Below are positions 17,867-28,770 of a stretch of 64,000 nt of DNA, piece after piece. The stretch spans positions 135,646 through 199,645 of the forward strand of contig CAVSTP010000001.1 of assembly GCA_963730935.1 (NCBI GenBank), written 5' to 3'. Position 1 is the first letter of the stretch, and every line of letters begins with the position of its first letter. The position numbers were made by a program, and so were the translations under genes. Below the pieces are notes generated by a model. The model did no database searches. It saw only the letters and a list, made by a program, of their open reading frames with translations, and was not told where the DNA came from. Source of the DNA: an uncultured Nitrospiraceae bacterium (GTDB lineage: Bacteria; Nitrospirota; Nitrospiria; Nitrospirales; Nitrospiraceae).

Positions 17867-20857
17867 ATGTCATCTGCGGATATTCGAGAGCGATTGACCA
17901 ACCGCTTGGCTGATGAGCTTGGCTCATCTGGGGCTGCCATGTGGGTCGGGCGGTTGGAGACCCTGGCGGTCCAGCCGGGACAGGTCCTGGAATTGTTGGA
18001 CGAACTCGAAGCGGTGTCCGCAAAGGCTGCGCGTGCGGCGATCAGCGCACTACCTGAGCTCGACCGGCGCGCAGGATGCTTACAGGTCGTCTCCTGGTTG
18101 GATCTGGGGGTGGCGCTTGCAGAAGCCTCGGGAGCAACCGCGCTCAAATATTTCAAGGACAGCCCGCTCATTCTGGGAGTGATTGACGACAGCAACCACC
18201 AGCGTTCGGTGTTAGCGGTCGGGCTCGAACTCGCCGAATGTGACACCAACGTCAGTTGGGAATATCTCAAAACGTCCCCTCACATCGTGACGGCCGTTCC
18301 TGCCGACCAGTTGCCGCGTTGGCTGGAGATTGGCGTCGAACTCACGCAGACGGATCTCGTCGTAGGACTCGAGTACATCCGGCAGATTCCCATATTAGCT
18401 CCCGTGCTGCCATGGGAGGGAGTGCGGGACTGGCTGGCCTTCGGGATGAAACTCATCGCCCCGAACGCGTTTGGCAAGCCGGACTATCTCGGCACGATGG
18501 AATACCTGCGGACGAGCCCGGCGATCCTAGGCGATATCGAGGCGCCGCTTCGTTCCCACGTGATCTCAGTGGGCAGCCAGCTCGCATCTCACACCCCTGC
18601 AACCGGCATCGCCTGGCTCGCGGAATCTCCGACACTGCTTCGTGCGCTGCCATCGTCACCGTGGAGGGTCAGGCTGCTTCAGTACGGAGGCCTTCTGGCT
18701 GAACAGGATCCGGAGACCGCCCTGGCGTATCTCCGGCGCGGTTCGGAACTCGTGAGTCTCTTGGGCGAGGAGTCTTCGGCCTTCGGCAGGTTTGAGAACT
18801 GGTTCAAGGCAGGGATGGAGGTGCTGTCCTATAGTCCGGAGGGCGCACGCGCCTATTTCTCGGCTGAGTCGCGGAAGGCGCTTTCATCGGTCGAAGAGGC
18901 ATTGAGCGGCGTGCCCCTGAAACAAGTCGCCCGCCGAGTCAAACTCTTCGTGCAAGGCCTGTGCGGCTCGGAGGTTGCCATTGCAGCGCGGACGGATACC
19001 GCGGGGGATCCGATCGCGCGCGCCGTGGTCAGCGCGGATGGAAAGACCATCGCCTTGCCGGCGTTGCTGCGACATTATCCGACGGCGCAAGAAAACGAGC
19101 GGCTGTATCTCATCATGGCCGCCCATGAGGCCGGACATCTCGAGTTTGGCACCTATCGGCTTCGGATCGAGCAGCTGGTTGATTTGGTTCCAACCGTCTG
19201 CCGTCGTTACGATCGATCCATGGCCGTGACGCTCGAGACGCTCGGCGACCTGTTCCGTTTGTATCCGCAGCCACGTCTCGTGAAGGATCTTTGGGCGGTC
19301 CTCGAGGACGCGCGCGTCGAGTACTTGCTTCAGACGCAATATCCTGGGCTTCGAGGTGACCTCGCGCAGTTCGCTGCTGATACGATCGCCGCTCGGGATC
19401 CCGCGCATGGGTTGACCGCACGAGAGCTTGTGGTGGATTGTCTCTTGCGGCTTTCCACCGGAACATCGTTGTCCTCGGCGGTTCCTCATGCTCTCATCGA
19501 GGAGGTCTCCATACTCTGGAAGTTGTGCCAGCCGGTCTTGGCCGCTGCCGCAACGGCGGAGGATGCCGTACGCACCGCGGACGAGGTGTATAGACGGCTC
19601 GAAGAACTCGTTGCCACAGCGGCGAAGACGCCGGCGGAGCCATCAACTGATGCATCGGACATCGGCATGACGCCAGGCGCTTCCGAGGAGGGAGCCGGTG
19701 CGTATCGTCCGGTGGAGAATTTGATCTATCGGGGAGAGATGAACGCCGACCTCGTGGCAGGACAGACGGAACAGCAGGAGCATGCGCGGATGGCCGGACA
19801 GGCCGCCGGTTCTGCTGAACAGACCGGCGCCGGAACAGGAGCCCGGCGTGAACAACCTTCTCGAGACGGGGATGCCCTAGGCGGAGGCCGCTCACTGCCG
19901 TCTGTCGTTGAGGAACTGCTTGAGCTCGAAGTCGATGCGTCGCCGCTGGAGGCCGATGGTGTAGACGAACGAGTCCGTCGCTATCCCGAGTGGGACTACA
20001 GACTTCAGGACCACCGCGTGAATTGGTGCCGCGTCGTCGAACGTGCCGCAAACCGCGGCTCGGATGATTGTGTCTCCGGCACGTTGACGGCTCATCGGAG
20101 CACGGTGCGCTTGCTGCGCCGGTTCTTCGAGGGATTGCGGCCGCCGGCCTTCCGCCGCCTGGCCGGTCAGCCCGACGGAGAGGAACTGGATATCGATGCC
20201 GTGGTTCGCAGGGCGGCCGAGCAACGGGCCGGGTTCGAAGGCAGCGACCGAATCTATGTCAGACATGAAAAAAAAGAGCGCGACGTGGCGGTGGTGTTCC
20301 TTGTCGACATCAGCGGATCGACCGGACGTCAGCTCGACGGCGGTCGGCGGGTGATCGACGTGGAGAAGGAGAGCCTGGTTCTGCTCTGCGAAGCGCTCGA
20401 TGCCGTGGGCGACCGGTATGCGCTGTACGCCTATTCCGGTCAGGGGCGGGGAGCTGTCGAGATCCAAACGATCAAGGGCTTCGATGAACGGCTGGGCACG
20501 ACGACCGCCCAACGCCTGGGTGGACTGTCCCCGCGCCAACAAAACCGGGACGGGGCCGCGATTCGTCATGCCGTCGCCACGCTGAGGCAACAGGATGCGA
20601 AAACGCGCCTCCTCGTTCTGCTGAGTGACGGCCGGCCGCTGGATGGCGAGTACAAGGATGAGTACGCACTGGAAGACACAAAAGCCGCGTTGCGGGAAGC
20701 CAGACGGGAGGGTATCCATCCCTTTTGTGTCACGATCGACCGGAACGCGGACGAGTATGTGCGTCGGATGTACGGCGATGTCAAATACACCGTGATCGAC
20801 CGGGTTGAATCACTTCCTCTCAGGCTACCGAGGATTTACCAGCGGCTGGTGACCTAG
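17867..20857 (+). CDS. NorD/CbbO-like VWA-domain protein with long N-terminal extension
   Basis: AHEAGH, LEDARVE, YPEWDY, DGEELDIDA, MIDAS DISGS, NRDGAAIRH, LSDGRP. Confidence 0.9.
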   Translation: MSSADIRERLTNRLADELGSSGAAMWVGRLETLAVQPGQVLELLDELEAVSAKAARAAISALPELDRRAGCLQVVSWLDLGVALAEASGATALKYFKDSPLILGVIDDSNHQRSVLAVGLELAECDTNVSWEYLKTSPHIVTAVPADQLPRWLEIGVELTQTDLVVGLEYIRQIPILAPVLPWEGVRDWLAFGMKLIAPNAFGKPDYLGTMEYLRTSPAILGDIEAPLRSHVISVGSQLASHTPATGIAWLAESPTLLRALPSSPWRVRLLQYGGLLAEQDPETALAYLRRGSELVSLLGEESSAFGRFENWFKAGMEVLSYSPEGARAYFSAESRKALSSVEEALSGVPLKQVARRVKLFVQGLCGSEVAIAARTDTAGDPIARAVVSADGKTIALPALLRHYPTAQENERLYLIMAAHEAGHLEFGTYRLRIEQLVDLVPTVCRRYDRSMAVTLETLGDLFRLYPQPRLVKDLWAVLEDARVEYLLQTQYPGLRGDLAQFAADTIAARDPAHGLTARELVVDCLLRLSTGTSLSSAVPHALIEEVSILWKLCQPVLAAAATAEDAVRTADEVYRRLEELVATAAKTPAEPSTDASDIGMTPGASEEGAGAYRPVENLIYRGEMNADLVAGQTEQQEHARMAGQAAGSAEQTGAGTGARREQPSRDGDALGGGRSLPSVVEELLELEVDASPLEADGVDERVRRYPEWDYRLQDHRVNWCRVVERAANRGSDDCVSGTLTAHRSTVRLLRRFFEGLRPPAFRRLAGQPDGEELDIDAVVRRAAEQRAGFEGSDRIYVRHEKKERDVAVVFLVDISGSTGRQLDGGRRVIDVEKESLVLLCEALDAVGDRYALYAYSGQGRGAVEIQTIKGFDERLGTTTAQRLGGLSPRQQNRDGAAIRHAVATLRQQDAKTRLLVLLSDGRPLDGEYKDEYALEDTKAALREARREGIHPFCVTIDRNADEYVRRMYGDVKYTVIDRVESLPLRLPRIYQRLVT

Positions 20858-20914
20858 CGAACAGCAGCTAAGACCGGGTGAGGCGCTGGGCATGAAAGGG
20901 AATGTCTCGCACGC

Positions 20915-21319
20915 ATGACGGATCAACCGACGAGGCGGGCCGTCCCGCCGTGGCTATACAAACTCTTCACGGGGCATCAGTATCCCTATGTGCGCCGGCT
21001 AGCCAAGTTTGCGCAGCCCCTTCACCCTGGTGAAGAGCGCCAGGAGCCGACCAAAGAGATGATCGAGGCCAAATTTTGGGAGGTCTTTCCCCATTGCTCG
21101 GCGAAAATCCTTCAGGAAGTCAAGGCGGGCATGATCGTGGTGTTTCATGATCTGGGCGAGTATCCTGCGGGAGGGTACCAGGAACTCATAGACAATCCCG
21201 AGGACTTTCTGGCAAAAACGTACGGGAAAAAGAAGATCAAGGTGAACTTTTACCACGGCGAGAATTTTGTGTGCACGATCAACTTTAAAGTCGCCGGGTG
21301 GACGGAACACGAGCACTGA
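20915..21319 (+). CDS. Hypothetical protein
   Basis: Clean 134-aa ORF between norD-like and mdh with typical codon usage. Confidence 0.75.
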   Translation: MTDQPTRRAVPPWLYKLFTGHQYPYVRRLAKFAQPLHPGEERQEPTKEMIEAKFWEVFPHCSAKILQEVKAGMIVVFHDLGEYPAGGYQELIDNPEDFLAKTYGKKKIKVNFYHGENFVCTINFKVAGWTEHEH

Positions 21320-21374
21320 CAGGTTCTGAGTGTCCAAGCACTCGTCACTTTGCGCTTGGCTGACCGGAGGGAGC

Positions 21375-22313
21375 ATGGGGCGACCGAAGATCACCGTGGT
21401 GGGAGCCGGAAATGTGGGTGGAACAACGGCGCAACGGCTGGCGGAACACGACGCCTATGACGTGGTGCTCGTGGACATCGTTGAAGGTGTGCCGCAGGGC
21501 AAGGCGCTTGATATCTCTCAGGCCGGTCCCGTGTGCGGCTACAGCACGAAGGTCGTCGGGACCAACAGCTACGTCGAAACCGCGGGATCTTCAATCGCGG
21601 TGATCACATCCGGCATCCCCCGAAAGCCCGGGATGAGCCGCGATGAGCTGCTCACCACGAACGCCAAAATCGTGAAGTCGGTGGTCAGTGAGTTGGTCTC
21701 GCGTTCACCCGGCATCATCCTTATCCTGGTGACCAATCCATTGGACGCAATGGTCCACGTGGCCCGAACCGTCAGTGGACTGCCGAAAACGCGCATCATC
21801 GGCATGGCCGGCGTGCTGGATTCCGCGCGGATGCGCACCTTCATCGCCCAAGCGTTGGGCATCCCAGGCCGGGACGTCGAAGCGATGGTCTTGGGGGGAC
21901 ACGGCGATACGATGGTCCCGCTCCCTCGATACACGACGGTGAAGGGGCGGCAAGTCTCGGAGATGATGCCGAACGATCAACTCGAGGCGATCGTCCAACG
22001 CACCCGCGACGGGGGTGCGGAAATTGTCGGATTGCTGAAAACCGGCAGCGCGTTCTACGCGCCGTCCGCATCCGCGGTAGACATGGTCGAAGCGATTCTC
22101 AAAGATCAAAAACGGGTCATGCCTTGTGCGGTCCTGTGTGAAGGCGAATACGGTTTGCGCGATGTTGTGGTCGGTGTGCCCGTTCAACTTGGCAAGGGCG
22201 GCGCTGAACGGGTCATCGTGTATGATCTGACGCCCGCTGAACAGAAGGCACTAGAAGTCTCAGCGAACGCGGTGCGGGAGCTGTGCGAGACCGTCGACCG
22301 GTTGATGGCGTAG
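21375..22313 (+). CDS. mdh: Malate dehydrogenase (LDH-like)
   Basis: [46 protein letters not shown]. Confidence 0.95.
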   Translation: MGRPKITVVGAGNVGGTTAQRLAEHDAYDVVLVDIVEGVPQGKALDISQAGPVCGYSTKVVGTNSYVETAGSSIAVITSGIPRKPGMSRDELLTTNAKIVKSVVSELVSRSPGIILILVTNPLDAMVHVARTVSGLPKTRIIGMAGVLDSARMRTFIAQALGIPGRDVEAMVLGGHGDTMVPLPRYTTVKGRQVSEMMPNDQLEAIVQRTRDGGAEIVGLLKTGSAFYAPSASAVDMVEAILKDQKRVMPCAVLCEGEYGLRDVVVGVPVQLGKGGAERVIVYDLTPAEQKALEVSANAVRELCETVDRLMA

Positions 22314-22462
22314 TGCCCGACGCTCTGCTCATTCAATCCAGTGAGGACATGAGCGGATGGCATGAAGCCCGTGCGACGTGGTGAGCCATGGTGCTCGCTT
22401 GACAATCAAGGGAGCCTACAGTACAGAAAGCGGTTTAGCACTGCACTGAATGAGGAGATGCT

Positions 22463-23050
22463 ATGAAATTTCTTGAAGATCCGATGCAGACCATGGGCGC
22501 GGGATTCGCGTTGGCGCTCGTGCTGATTGTGGTGTACCTCGGCATTGCCGGCGTCGGAGCCGGGGAAGCGGACTGGGCGGGAATCATTATCCGCTGGATC
22601 CACTTTCTGGCCGGCATCACCTGGATCGGGCTGCTCTACTTCTTCAACCTGATCAATGCGGCCTTCCTCAAAAGCCTGGATGGTCCGACAAAAAACGTCG
22701 TCATTCCAAAGTTAATGCCCTCCGCGCTGAACTGGTTCCGTCATGGAGCTACCGTGACGGTCTTGGCGGGCATTCTGCTTTACATCAAGTTGTACATGCA
22801 TGGAGGGACAGGCGCTTACGCCTTGGCGATCGGCGGTCTGCTCGGCATCATCATGATGGTCAACGTCCATGCGATTATTTGGCCCAATCAGAAGAAGATC
22901 ATCGCGGCCGTGACGGCGGCCGCACAAGGAACCCCCGCACCGGCTGAAATGGCGCAATGGGGCCGTACCGCCTTGTTGGCCTCCCGGGTCAATTTCATGC
23001 TGTCGATCCCCATGCTGTTTTTCATGGGCGCGGGTAGCCACCTGAAATAA
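22463..23050 (+). CDS. Urate_ox_N (PuuD-like) membrane protein
   Basis: RWIHFLAGITWIGLLYFFN, WFR, NVHAIIWPNQKK, SRVNFMLSIPM. Confidence 0.82.
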   Translation: MKFLEDPMQTMGAGFALALVLIVVYLGIAGVGAGEADWAGIIIRWIHFLAGITWIGLLYFFNLINAAFLKSLDGPTKNVVIPKLMPSALNWFRHGATVTVLAGILLYIKLYMHGGTGAYALAIGGLLGIIMMVNVHAIIWPNQKKIIAAVTAAAQGTPAPAEMAQWGRTALLASRVNFMLSIPMLFFMGAGSHLK

Positions 23051-23196
23051 CCTGCCTTTGCCGGCTGATAGACCCTTCCTGTCAGCCGGTTGTGTTCTTG
23101 TCTCTTAAACGACGACAGTCCGGCCAATATGCCCAGGATCACGTAGGGCTGTCGTGCTAAACCCTTGAGAATCAGGCCTATTCTCGGCGCTTTGCC

Positions 23197-23226
23197 TTGA
23201 CGGAACGGGAGCAGGCCCCGTATAGT
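23197..23226 (+). promoter_or_regulatory. Sigma70-type promoter for nuoF-like/fdx
   Basis: TTGACG-N18-TATAGT. Confidence 0.6.
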
Positions 23227-23262
23227 AGCCACTCACCTTTCTCTGGTTCTGGAGTGCACCAG

Positions 23263-24561
23263 ATGATGACGCTAGCGGAAGCCCGCCTCGTCGAAAAGAT
23301 CGATGGGGCTCCTTGGGACATCGACGCCTACATCAAGGTCGGTGGCTATGAGGCCTGGAAAAAGTGCGTCAAGGAACTGACACCGGAGCAGGTGGTTCAG
23401 GAACTCAAAACGTCCGGACTGCGTGGTCGTGGGGGGGCAGGCTTTCCCACCGGTGTGAAGTGGGACAAGGTCCTCAATCATCGGGTCAAGGAGCGTTACT
23501 TTGTGTGCAACGCCGGCGAGCATGAGCCCGGTACGTTTAAGGACCGTCATCTATTGAAAACCATTCCGCATCAGCTCATTGAAGGATGTCTGATCGCGTC
23601 ACGGACGGCACAGGCCAAGGCGTCCTTCATTTATGTGAATCACGAGTACGAGGAAGAGCGGGAAAATCTGAAAAAAGCGTTGGCGCAGGCCAAGGAGCGG
23701 GGCTTCGTTGGAAAGAATATTCTCGGCAGCGGGATCGATATCGATCTACAAGTATTTGAAGGCCACGGGAGCTACGTGGCGGGTGAAGAAACCGCCATGC
23801 TGGAGTCGATGCAGGGGCGGCCCGCGATGCCGCGTCAAAAGCCCCCGTTCTATCCCACGGATTACGGGTTGTACGGGAAGCCGACGTTGGTCAACAACGT
23901 CGAAACCTTGTGCAACGTGCCGCGGATTCTTCACAAAGGCGCAGCATGGTTTACGCAGGTGGGCACCGAGAAATGTCCGGGGACGATGATGTTTTCTCTG
24001 AGCGGTGCCGTCAACCGCCCCGGTGTCTATGAGATGCCGATGGGTGTCACGATGCGGGAATTGATCGAACGGGGTGGTGGCGTGCCCGGGGGACGACACA
24101 TCAAGGCCGTGTTTCCCGGCGGGCCCGCATTCTCGATGGTCACAGCCGACCAACTCGATCTGCCCATGGATTTCGATTCGCTGAAAAAGGCGGGAACTGG
24201 ATTAGGCTCAGCCGGCGTGATTGTGGTGGACGATGCCACCTGCATGGTCCGCCAGACGTTGAAATTTTCGAATTTCTTCAAAGGCGAAAGTTGCGGGCAG
24301 TGCCCGCCTTGCCGCATGGGCACGATCAATCTCGCGACTCTGATGACCAAGATTGAAGCAGGCGAGGGCACCCAAAAAGATCTCGACAGCCTTTTGCAGC
24401 TTTGCGGGTTCGTCAAGGGGACGGGATATTGCACATTGGTCACCGGCGCAGCGGTGCTGGTCCAGAGCAGCGTCAAACTGTTCCGCGACGAATTCGAAGA
24501 ACATATCAGGTTGCAGCGATGTCCCTTTCCTTCGAGCCCGGCGGAGGCGGTCACTCATTAG
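23263..24561 (+). CDS. Stand-alone NuoF-family flavo/4Fe-4S protein
   Basis: GLRGRGGAGFPTG, EPGTFKDR, GEETA, NNVET, SCGQCPPCRMG..C. Confidence 0.9.
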   Translation: MMTLAEARLVEKIDGAPWDIDAYIKVGGYEAWKKCVKELTPEQVVQELKTSGLRGRGGAGFPTGVKWDKVLNHRVKERYFVCNAGEHEPGTFKDRHLLKTIPHQLIEGCLIASRTAQAKASFIYVNHEYEEERENLKKALAQAKERGFVGKNILGSGIDIDLQVFEGHGSYVAGEETAMLESMQGRPAMPRQKPPFYPTDYGLYGKPTLVNNVETLCNVPRILHKGAAWFTQVGTEKCPGTMMFSLSGAVNRPGVYEMPMGVTMRELIERGGGVPGGRHIKAVFPGGPAFSMVTADQLDLPMDFDSLKKAGTGLGSAGVIVVDDATCMVRQTLKFSNFFKGESCGQCPPCRMGTINLATLMTKIEAGEGTQKDLDSLLQLCGFVKGTGYCTLVTGAAVLVQSSVKLFRDEFEEHIRLQRCPFPSSPAEAVTH

Positions 24562-24574
24562 AGGAGATGTGCGG

Positions 24575-24922
24575 ATGCCATTGGTGACGTTTCTTCATCC
24601 CAAAGGCAGAAGCGGAACGGTTCCCCGGAATACCACGTTGCTCGACGCGGCAAAGGAACTAGGGTTTCCGCTCAATCATGACTGCGGAGGAAATGCCTCC
24701 TGTACCACCTGTCGTGTCGAGGTCCAGCAGGGTGCGGAGCATCTGTCCGAGATCGACTTCGAGGAACAGGATCTCCTGGATCGAGAAGCGCTGAGTGAGC
24801 CCTGGCACCGACTGGGATGCCAGGCGAAGGTGCTGGGGGATGTAGTGGTGAGAGTGCCTGAAACCAAGTGGGCGGCGCCGACGACCGGCCAGTCTGAGGC
24901 GCAGGGTGTTGATATTCGTTAG
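24575..24922 (+). CDS. 2Fe-2S ferredoxin (adrenodoxin/ISC type)
   Basis: CGGNASCTTC...RLGCQ; GAGGAG SD. Confidence 0.9.
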   Translation: MPLVTFLHPKGRSGTVPRNTTLLDAAKELGFPLNHDCGGNASCTTCRVEVQQGAEHLSEIDFEEQDLLDREALSEPWHRLGCQAKVLGDVVVRVPETKWAAPTTGQSEAQGVDIR

Positions 24923-24936
24923 ATCGGTGTTACACT
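24909..24936 (+). promoter_or_regulatory. Internal sigma70-type promoter for erpA
   Basis: TTGATA-N16-TACACT with TG extension. Confidence 0.45.
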
Positions 24937-24985
24937 AAGCAAACCAGGCGGTTGAGACGACCGGCCTGATACAAGGAGGAGTACG

Positions 24986-25306
24986 ATGGTCACGATTACC
25001 CCGATTGCGGAACAGAAGATCCAGGAATTGATGAAGGAAGAGAAAGATATCGTCGGATTGCGGATTTATGTCCGTGGCGGCGGCTGCCATGGCTATCAGT
25101 ACGGGATGGCGTTCGAATCCAAGATGGCTGAAGACGACACCGTCATCGAAAAGGGTGACGTGAAAGTCATCATGGATTCTCAGAGCGCGCCGCTGCTCCA
25201 GGGGGCGGAAGTCGACTATGTCGACAGCGTCCAGGGGTCGGGGTTCTCGATCAAGAATCCGCAGGCGAAGACGACGTGCGGCTGCGGCAGTTCCTTCAGC
25301 GCGTAA
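24986..25306 (+). CDS. erpA: A-type Fe-S carrier protein ErpA/IscA
   Basis: GGGCHG, TCGCGSSF. Confidence 0.92.
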   Translation: MVTITPIAEQKIQELMKEEKDIVGLRIYVRGGGCHGYQYGMAFESKMAEDDTVIEKGDVKVIMDSQSAPLLQGAEVDYVDSVQGSGFSIKNPQAKTTCGCGSSFSA

Positions 25307-25350
25307 AACAGCGTGGCTCCTGCCGACAGGTCCGGCACGATCGAATCATG

Positions 25351-25400
25351 ATAGAAGCCAGGGTTGCCCGGTACGGGTGATCCTGGCTTCTCTATTTCTC
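25351..25400 (+). terminator. Stem-loop after erpA
   Basis: GAAGCCAGG...CCTGGCTTC followed by a T-rich tail. Confidence 0.5.
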
Positions 25401-25440
25401 TGCCGCAAGCCGCCCCGCACGCAACGACCGGCCTAGAAGG

Positions 25441-25860
25441 ATGGCAATGGCACAGATCACGATGACGAGGCGGTACCGTTTCTGTGCGGCTCACCGGCTG
25501 CATACGGACTTCCTGACCCCTCAGCAAAACTGGGCGGCCTTCGGAAAATGCAACAATCCGAACGGACACGGTCATAATTACGTCGTGCTCGTCACCGTGA
25601 AGAGCGCGTCGGGTCCGGCGGCGTACAGACCTGAGCAGCTCGATCGGGTGGTGGAAGCCGCGATTGTGTCTCGCTTCGATCATCATGATCTCAATGAGGA
25701 CCCGGCCTTCGCCGGGACCACTACGACAGGGGAAAACCTCGTCAAGTTGATTTGGGATTTGCTGGTGGAGAAGCTTCCGACCGGCTCGCTTGAAAAGGTG
25801 GGTGTCATCGAAACCAGAGACAATTACTTCGAGTATGCGGCGCCTGCCGCGGTCCACTAA
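25441..25860 (+). CDS. queD: 6-carboxy/6-pyruvoyl-tetrahydropterin synthase
   Basis: FCAAHRL, CNNPNGHGHNY, FDH, TGEN, ET. Confidence 0.88.
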   Translation: MAMAQITMTRRYRFCAAHRLHTDFLTPQQNWAAFGKCNNPNGHGHNYVVLVTVKSASGPAAYRPEQLDRVVEAAIVSRFDHHDLNEDPAFAGTTTTGENLVKLIWDLLVEKLPTGSLEKVGVIETRDNYFEYAAPAAVH

Positions 25861-25878
25861 CCGGAGCGCAAGAGACCT

Positions 25879-26520
25879 ATGGCACAACGCCGGCGTCGTT
25901 CTTCGATCAGTCGCATGGAGGACCTCCCTCCAGTCTCCCCCCCGCATGACATCGCGGTCATGACCAATCTGGTCAGCCAACTCTTAAAGGCCATAGGGGA
26001 ATCTCCTGGCCGCAACGGACTGCTCAAAACGCCAGAACGCGTGGCGAAGGCCCTGCTGTTCATGACGAAAGGGTATCACGAGGATATCGAGCGGTTGCTC
26101 AACGGCGCCCTGTTTCCCATCGAATACGATGAGATGGTCATCGTGAAGGACATCGATTTTTTCAGCATGTGCGAGCATCACATGCTGCCGTTTTTCGGGA
26201 AATGCCATGTCGGCTATCTTCCGAACAAGAAGGTCGTCGGTCTCAGCAAGATTCCGCGCGTTGTGGACGCATTTGCGCGGCGACTACAAGTTCAGGAACG
26301 GTTGACGACTCAGATTGCCGAAACGCTGAAGCGAAAATTAGATGCGCACGGGGTGGCTGTGGTCATGGAAGCACGCCATCTGTGCATGATGATGCGTGGA
26401 GTGGAAAAACAGAACACGCTCGCAGTCACCAGTTCCATGCTCGGCGCCTTCCGGACGCAGGAACAGACGCGGAACGAATTCTTAAAGCTGATCCGGCGAA
26501 ATGCCGTCGGCGAAGCTTAG
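25879..26520 (+). CDS. folE: GTP cyclohydrolase I
   Basis: [22 protein letters not shown]. Confidence 0.96.
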   Translation: MAQRRRRSSISRMEDLPPVSPPHDIAVMTNLVSQLLKAIGESPGRNGLLKTPERVAKALLFMTKGYHEDIERLLNGALFPIEYDEMVIVKDIDFFSMCEHHMLPFFGKCHVGYLPNKKVVGLSKIPRVVDAFARRLQVQERLTTQIAETLKRKLDAHGVAVVMEARHLCMMMRGVEKQNTLAVTSSMLGAFRTQEQTRNEFLKLIRRNAVGEA

Positions 26521-27320
26521 CGCCTGCTCGCAAAGAGTCTATCCGCGAAGCGTTCTACTGCAACCGTGAACCGGTCCGGCTGCTCGAGATTGCTCAGGTG
26601 GCCGGCGTCAGGAATGACGACCAATTCCGCCCCAGCAATGCCTTTTGCCATCCGTTCGGCATCCACTGTCGTTGTCAACACATCGTCTGCGCCAACGATG
26701 ACCAACGTCGGGATCCGGATGGCCGGCAACAGATCCGTTGAATCCGGCCGTTTTGCAATCGCCATCAGCGCTCCGATAATCCCAGGGACGGGAGCTACGG
26801 ACAGCATGGCTTTGACTCGTGCCACGAGACCGGGGTCCCGATCATACCGGGTCGGGGCGAGCAGCTTTGGTAACATTTCAGCGATCACCGCCGCGGGTCC
26901 TGTGGCCGCCGTCCGCTGGGCGAGATGGAAACGCCACTGGACCTGCTCAGGTTTGTCGGCCTCAGCCCGCGTGTCCGCCAAGACCACCCCGAGCATCATT
27001 TCCGGATACATCCGATGCAGCGCGAACTCAAGGTAGCCGCCCATCGAGAGTCCGACGAACAGCGCTTTTTCAATACCGAGACCGGCCAGGACTCCCTTCA
27101 CGTCCCGCGCATACTGCCCCATGCTGTAGCACCAATACGGCGCGTCCGATTCCCCCAGCCCCCGCAGATCGAGCGAAATGGTTCTGAAGCGCTGGCTCAA
27201 CACGGCCTCTTGCGGCACCCACATGGTGCGATTCAGGGGGAAGGCATGCAGGAAGACGATGGGCGGACCGGTCCCCTTGTCCTCATAGGCGATGGTCACT
27301 CCGTTTACCTGGGTCTTCAT
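26517..27320 (-). CDS. Alpha/beta hydrolase (PcaD-like)
   Basis: HAFP, GLSMGG nucleophile elbow, GADD, GHLSNLE. Confidence 0.9.
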   Translation of the reverse strand: MKTQVNGVTIAYEDKGTGPPIVFLHAFPLNRTMWVPQEAVLSQRFRTISLDLRGLGESDAPYWCYSMGQYARDVKGVLAGLGIEKALFVGLSMGGYLEFALHRMYPEMMLGVVLADTRAEADKPEQVQWRFHLAQRTAATGPAAVIAEMLPKLLAPTRYDRDPGLVARVKAMLSVAPVPGIIGALMAIAKRPDSTDLLPAIRIPTLVIVGADDVLTTTVDAERMAKGIAGAELVVIPDAGHLSNLEQPDRFTVAVERFADRLFASRR

Positions 27321-27429
27321 CGTGTCGTGTCTGCTTCGTAGCATCGGTGGCAGAAAGGGTCAAGGCCGTTTCGTGCGCAATTGCTCTGCATCTACTAGGG
27401 CGTATAGAATTTTGTACCCGAGGATACCC

Positions 27430-28752
27430 ATGAGCCGCCAGAAAGAACCTGCCCCTGATTTGTTCGACGAGCCGATGCGAGACCGTCTGACGGATGCGCC
27501 GCTGGCCGAACGGATGCGCCCCCAATCCTTCGATGATCTGACGGGCCAGGACGAGATTGTCGGCAAGGGGCGGCCGCTCCGAAACTCGATCGAGGCCGAC
27601 CGTCTCTCCTCCGTGATGCTGTGGGGGCCCCCCGGCTGTGGCAAGACCACTCTGGCCCATCTCATTTCCCGCTCCACAAAAGCGCATTTCGTGTCGTTTT
27701 CGGCCGTCACCAGCGGGGTGCCTGAATTACGCGAAATCATCAAGGCGGCTGAGCATCGCCTGTCAACGAAGGGGCAGAAGACCATTCTGTTTGTTGATGA
27801 GATTCATCGCTTTAATAAGGCGCAACAGGATGCGTTTTTGCCGCACGTCGAGAAAGGCACGATCATCTTGATCGGCGCCACCACGGAAAATCCCTCCTTC
27901 GAAGTCGTACCTCCGCTGCTGTCGCGCTCGTTGGTGGCCGTGTTGCGACCACTGGATGACGAAGCGTTGGGGCGGATTCTCGACCGGACGCTCGCCGATG
28001 CCGAGCGTGGTCTCGGCGGGCGCCGACTCGTGCTGTCTGACGAGGCGCGTTGGCGTTTGATCGGATTTGCGAACGGCGACGGCCGGTCGCTGCTTATGGC
28101 ATTGGAATTCGTCGCCGAGCAGGCCGTCCCTCAACAGGACGGCACCCGACGGCTTGACGATGCCGTGGTCGAAGCGGCGTTGCTCAAGAAGACTTTGCGC
28201 TACGACAAATCTGGCGAAGAGCATTACAACCTCATCTCGGCCTATATCAAAAGCCTGCGGGATTCCGACCCTGATGGCGCATTGTATTGGCTAGCGCGGA
28301 TGCTGGAAGCGGGTGAAGACCCGAAGTTCATTGCCAGACGGTTGGTGATTTTTGCGTCGGAGGACGTCGGCAACGCCGATCCGCTCGGAATTGTGGTGGC
28401 GACGGCGGTGGCGCAGGCCGTGGAGTTTGTCGGCCTGCCGGAAGCCCAAATCAACCTGGCGCAGGGAACAACTTTTTTAGCGACGAGACCAAAAGACAAT
28501 GCCTCCTATACGGCGCTTCTGGAAGCGCTTCGCGACGCGAAGGCTGGAGGCAATCTCGGCGTTCCGATGCACCTCCGCAATGCCGTGACCTCACTCATGC
28601 GCGATCTCGGCTACGGAAAGGACTATCGGTATGTGCACGACGATCCGCAGGCGCGGGGTCAAGCCCATCTGCCAGAGGCGTTGAAGGGACGCAAGTACTA
28701 CAAACCAAAGGGAAAAAAACCGCAGGGTCCACCGTTGGACAAAGAGGGCTAA
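27430..28752 (+). CDS. rarA: Replication-associated recombination protein A (RarA/MgsA)
   Basis: PLAERMRP, GPPGCGKTT, DEIHRF, GATTENP, ASEDVG. Confidence 0.95.
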   Translation: MSRQKEPAPDLFDEPMRDRLTDAPLAERMRPQSFDDLTGQDEIVGKGRPLRNSIEADRLSSVMLWGPPGCGKTTLAHLISRSTKAHFVSFSAVTSGVPELREIIKAAEHRLSTKGQKTILFVDEIHRFNKAQQDAFLPHVEKGTIILIGATTENPSFEVVPPLLSRSLVAVLRPLDDEALGRILDRTLADAERGLGGRRLVLSDEARWRLIGFANGDGRSLLMALEFVAEQAVPQQDGTRRLDDAVVEAALLKKTLRYDKSGEEHYNLISAYIKSLRDSDPDGALYWLARMLEAGEDPKFIARRLVIFASEDVGNADPLGIVVATAVAQAVEFVGLPEAQINLAQGTTFLATRPKDNASYTALLEALRDAKAGGNLGVPMHLRNAVTSLMRDLGYGKDYRYVHDDPQARGQAHLPEALKGRKYYKPKGKKPQGPPLDKEG

Positions 28753-28770
28753 TCCGTTATACTTAGGCCC

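Noticed and set aside
15000..20857. Evidence for Rubisco or nitric oxide reductase
   Set aside because: Only the chaperone homologues are present, no catalytic subunits
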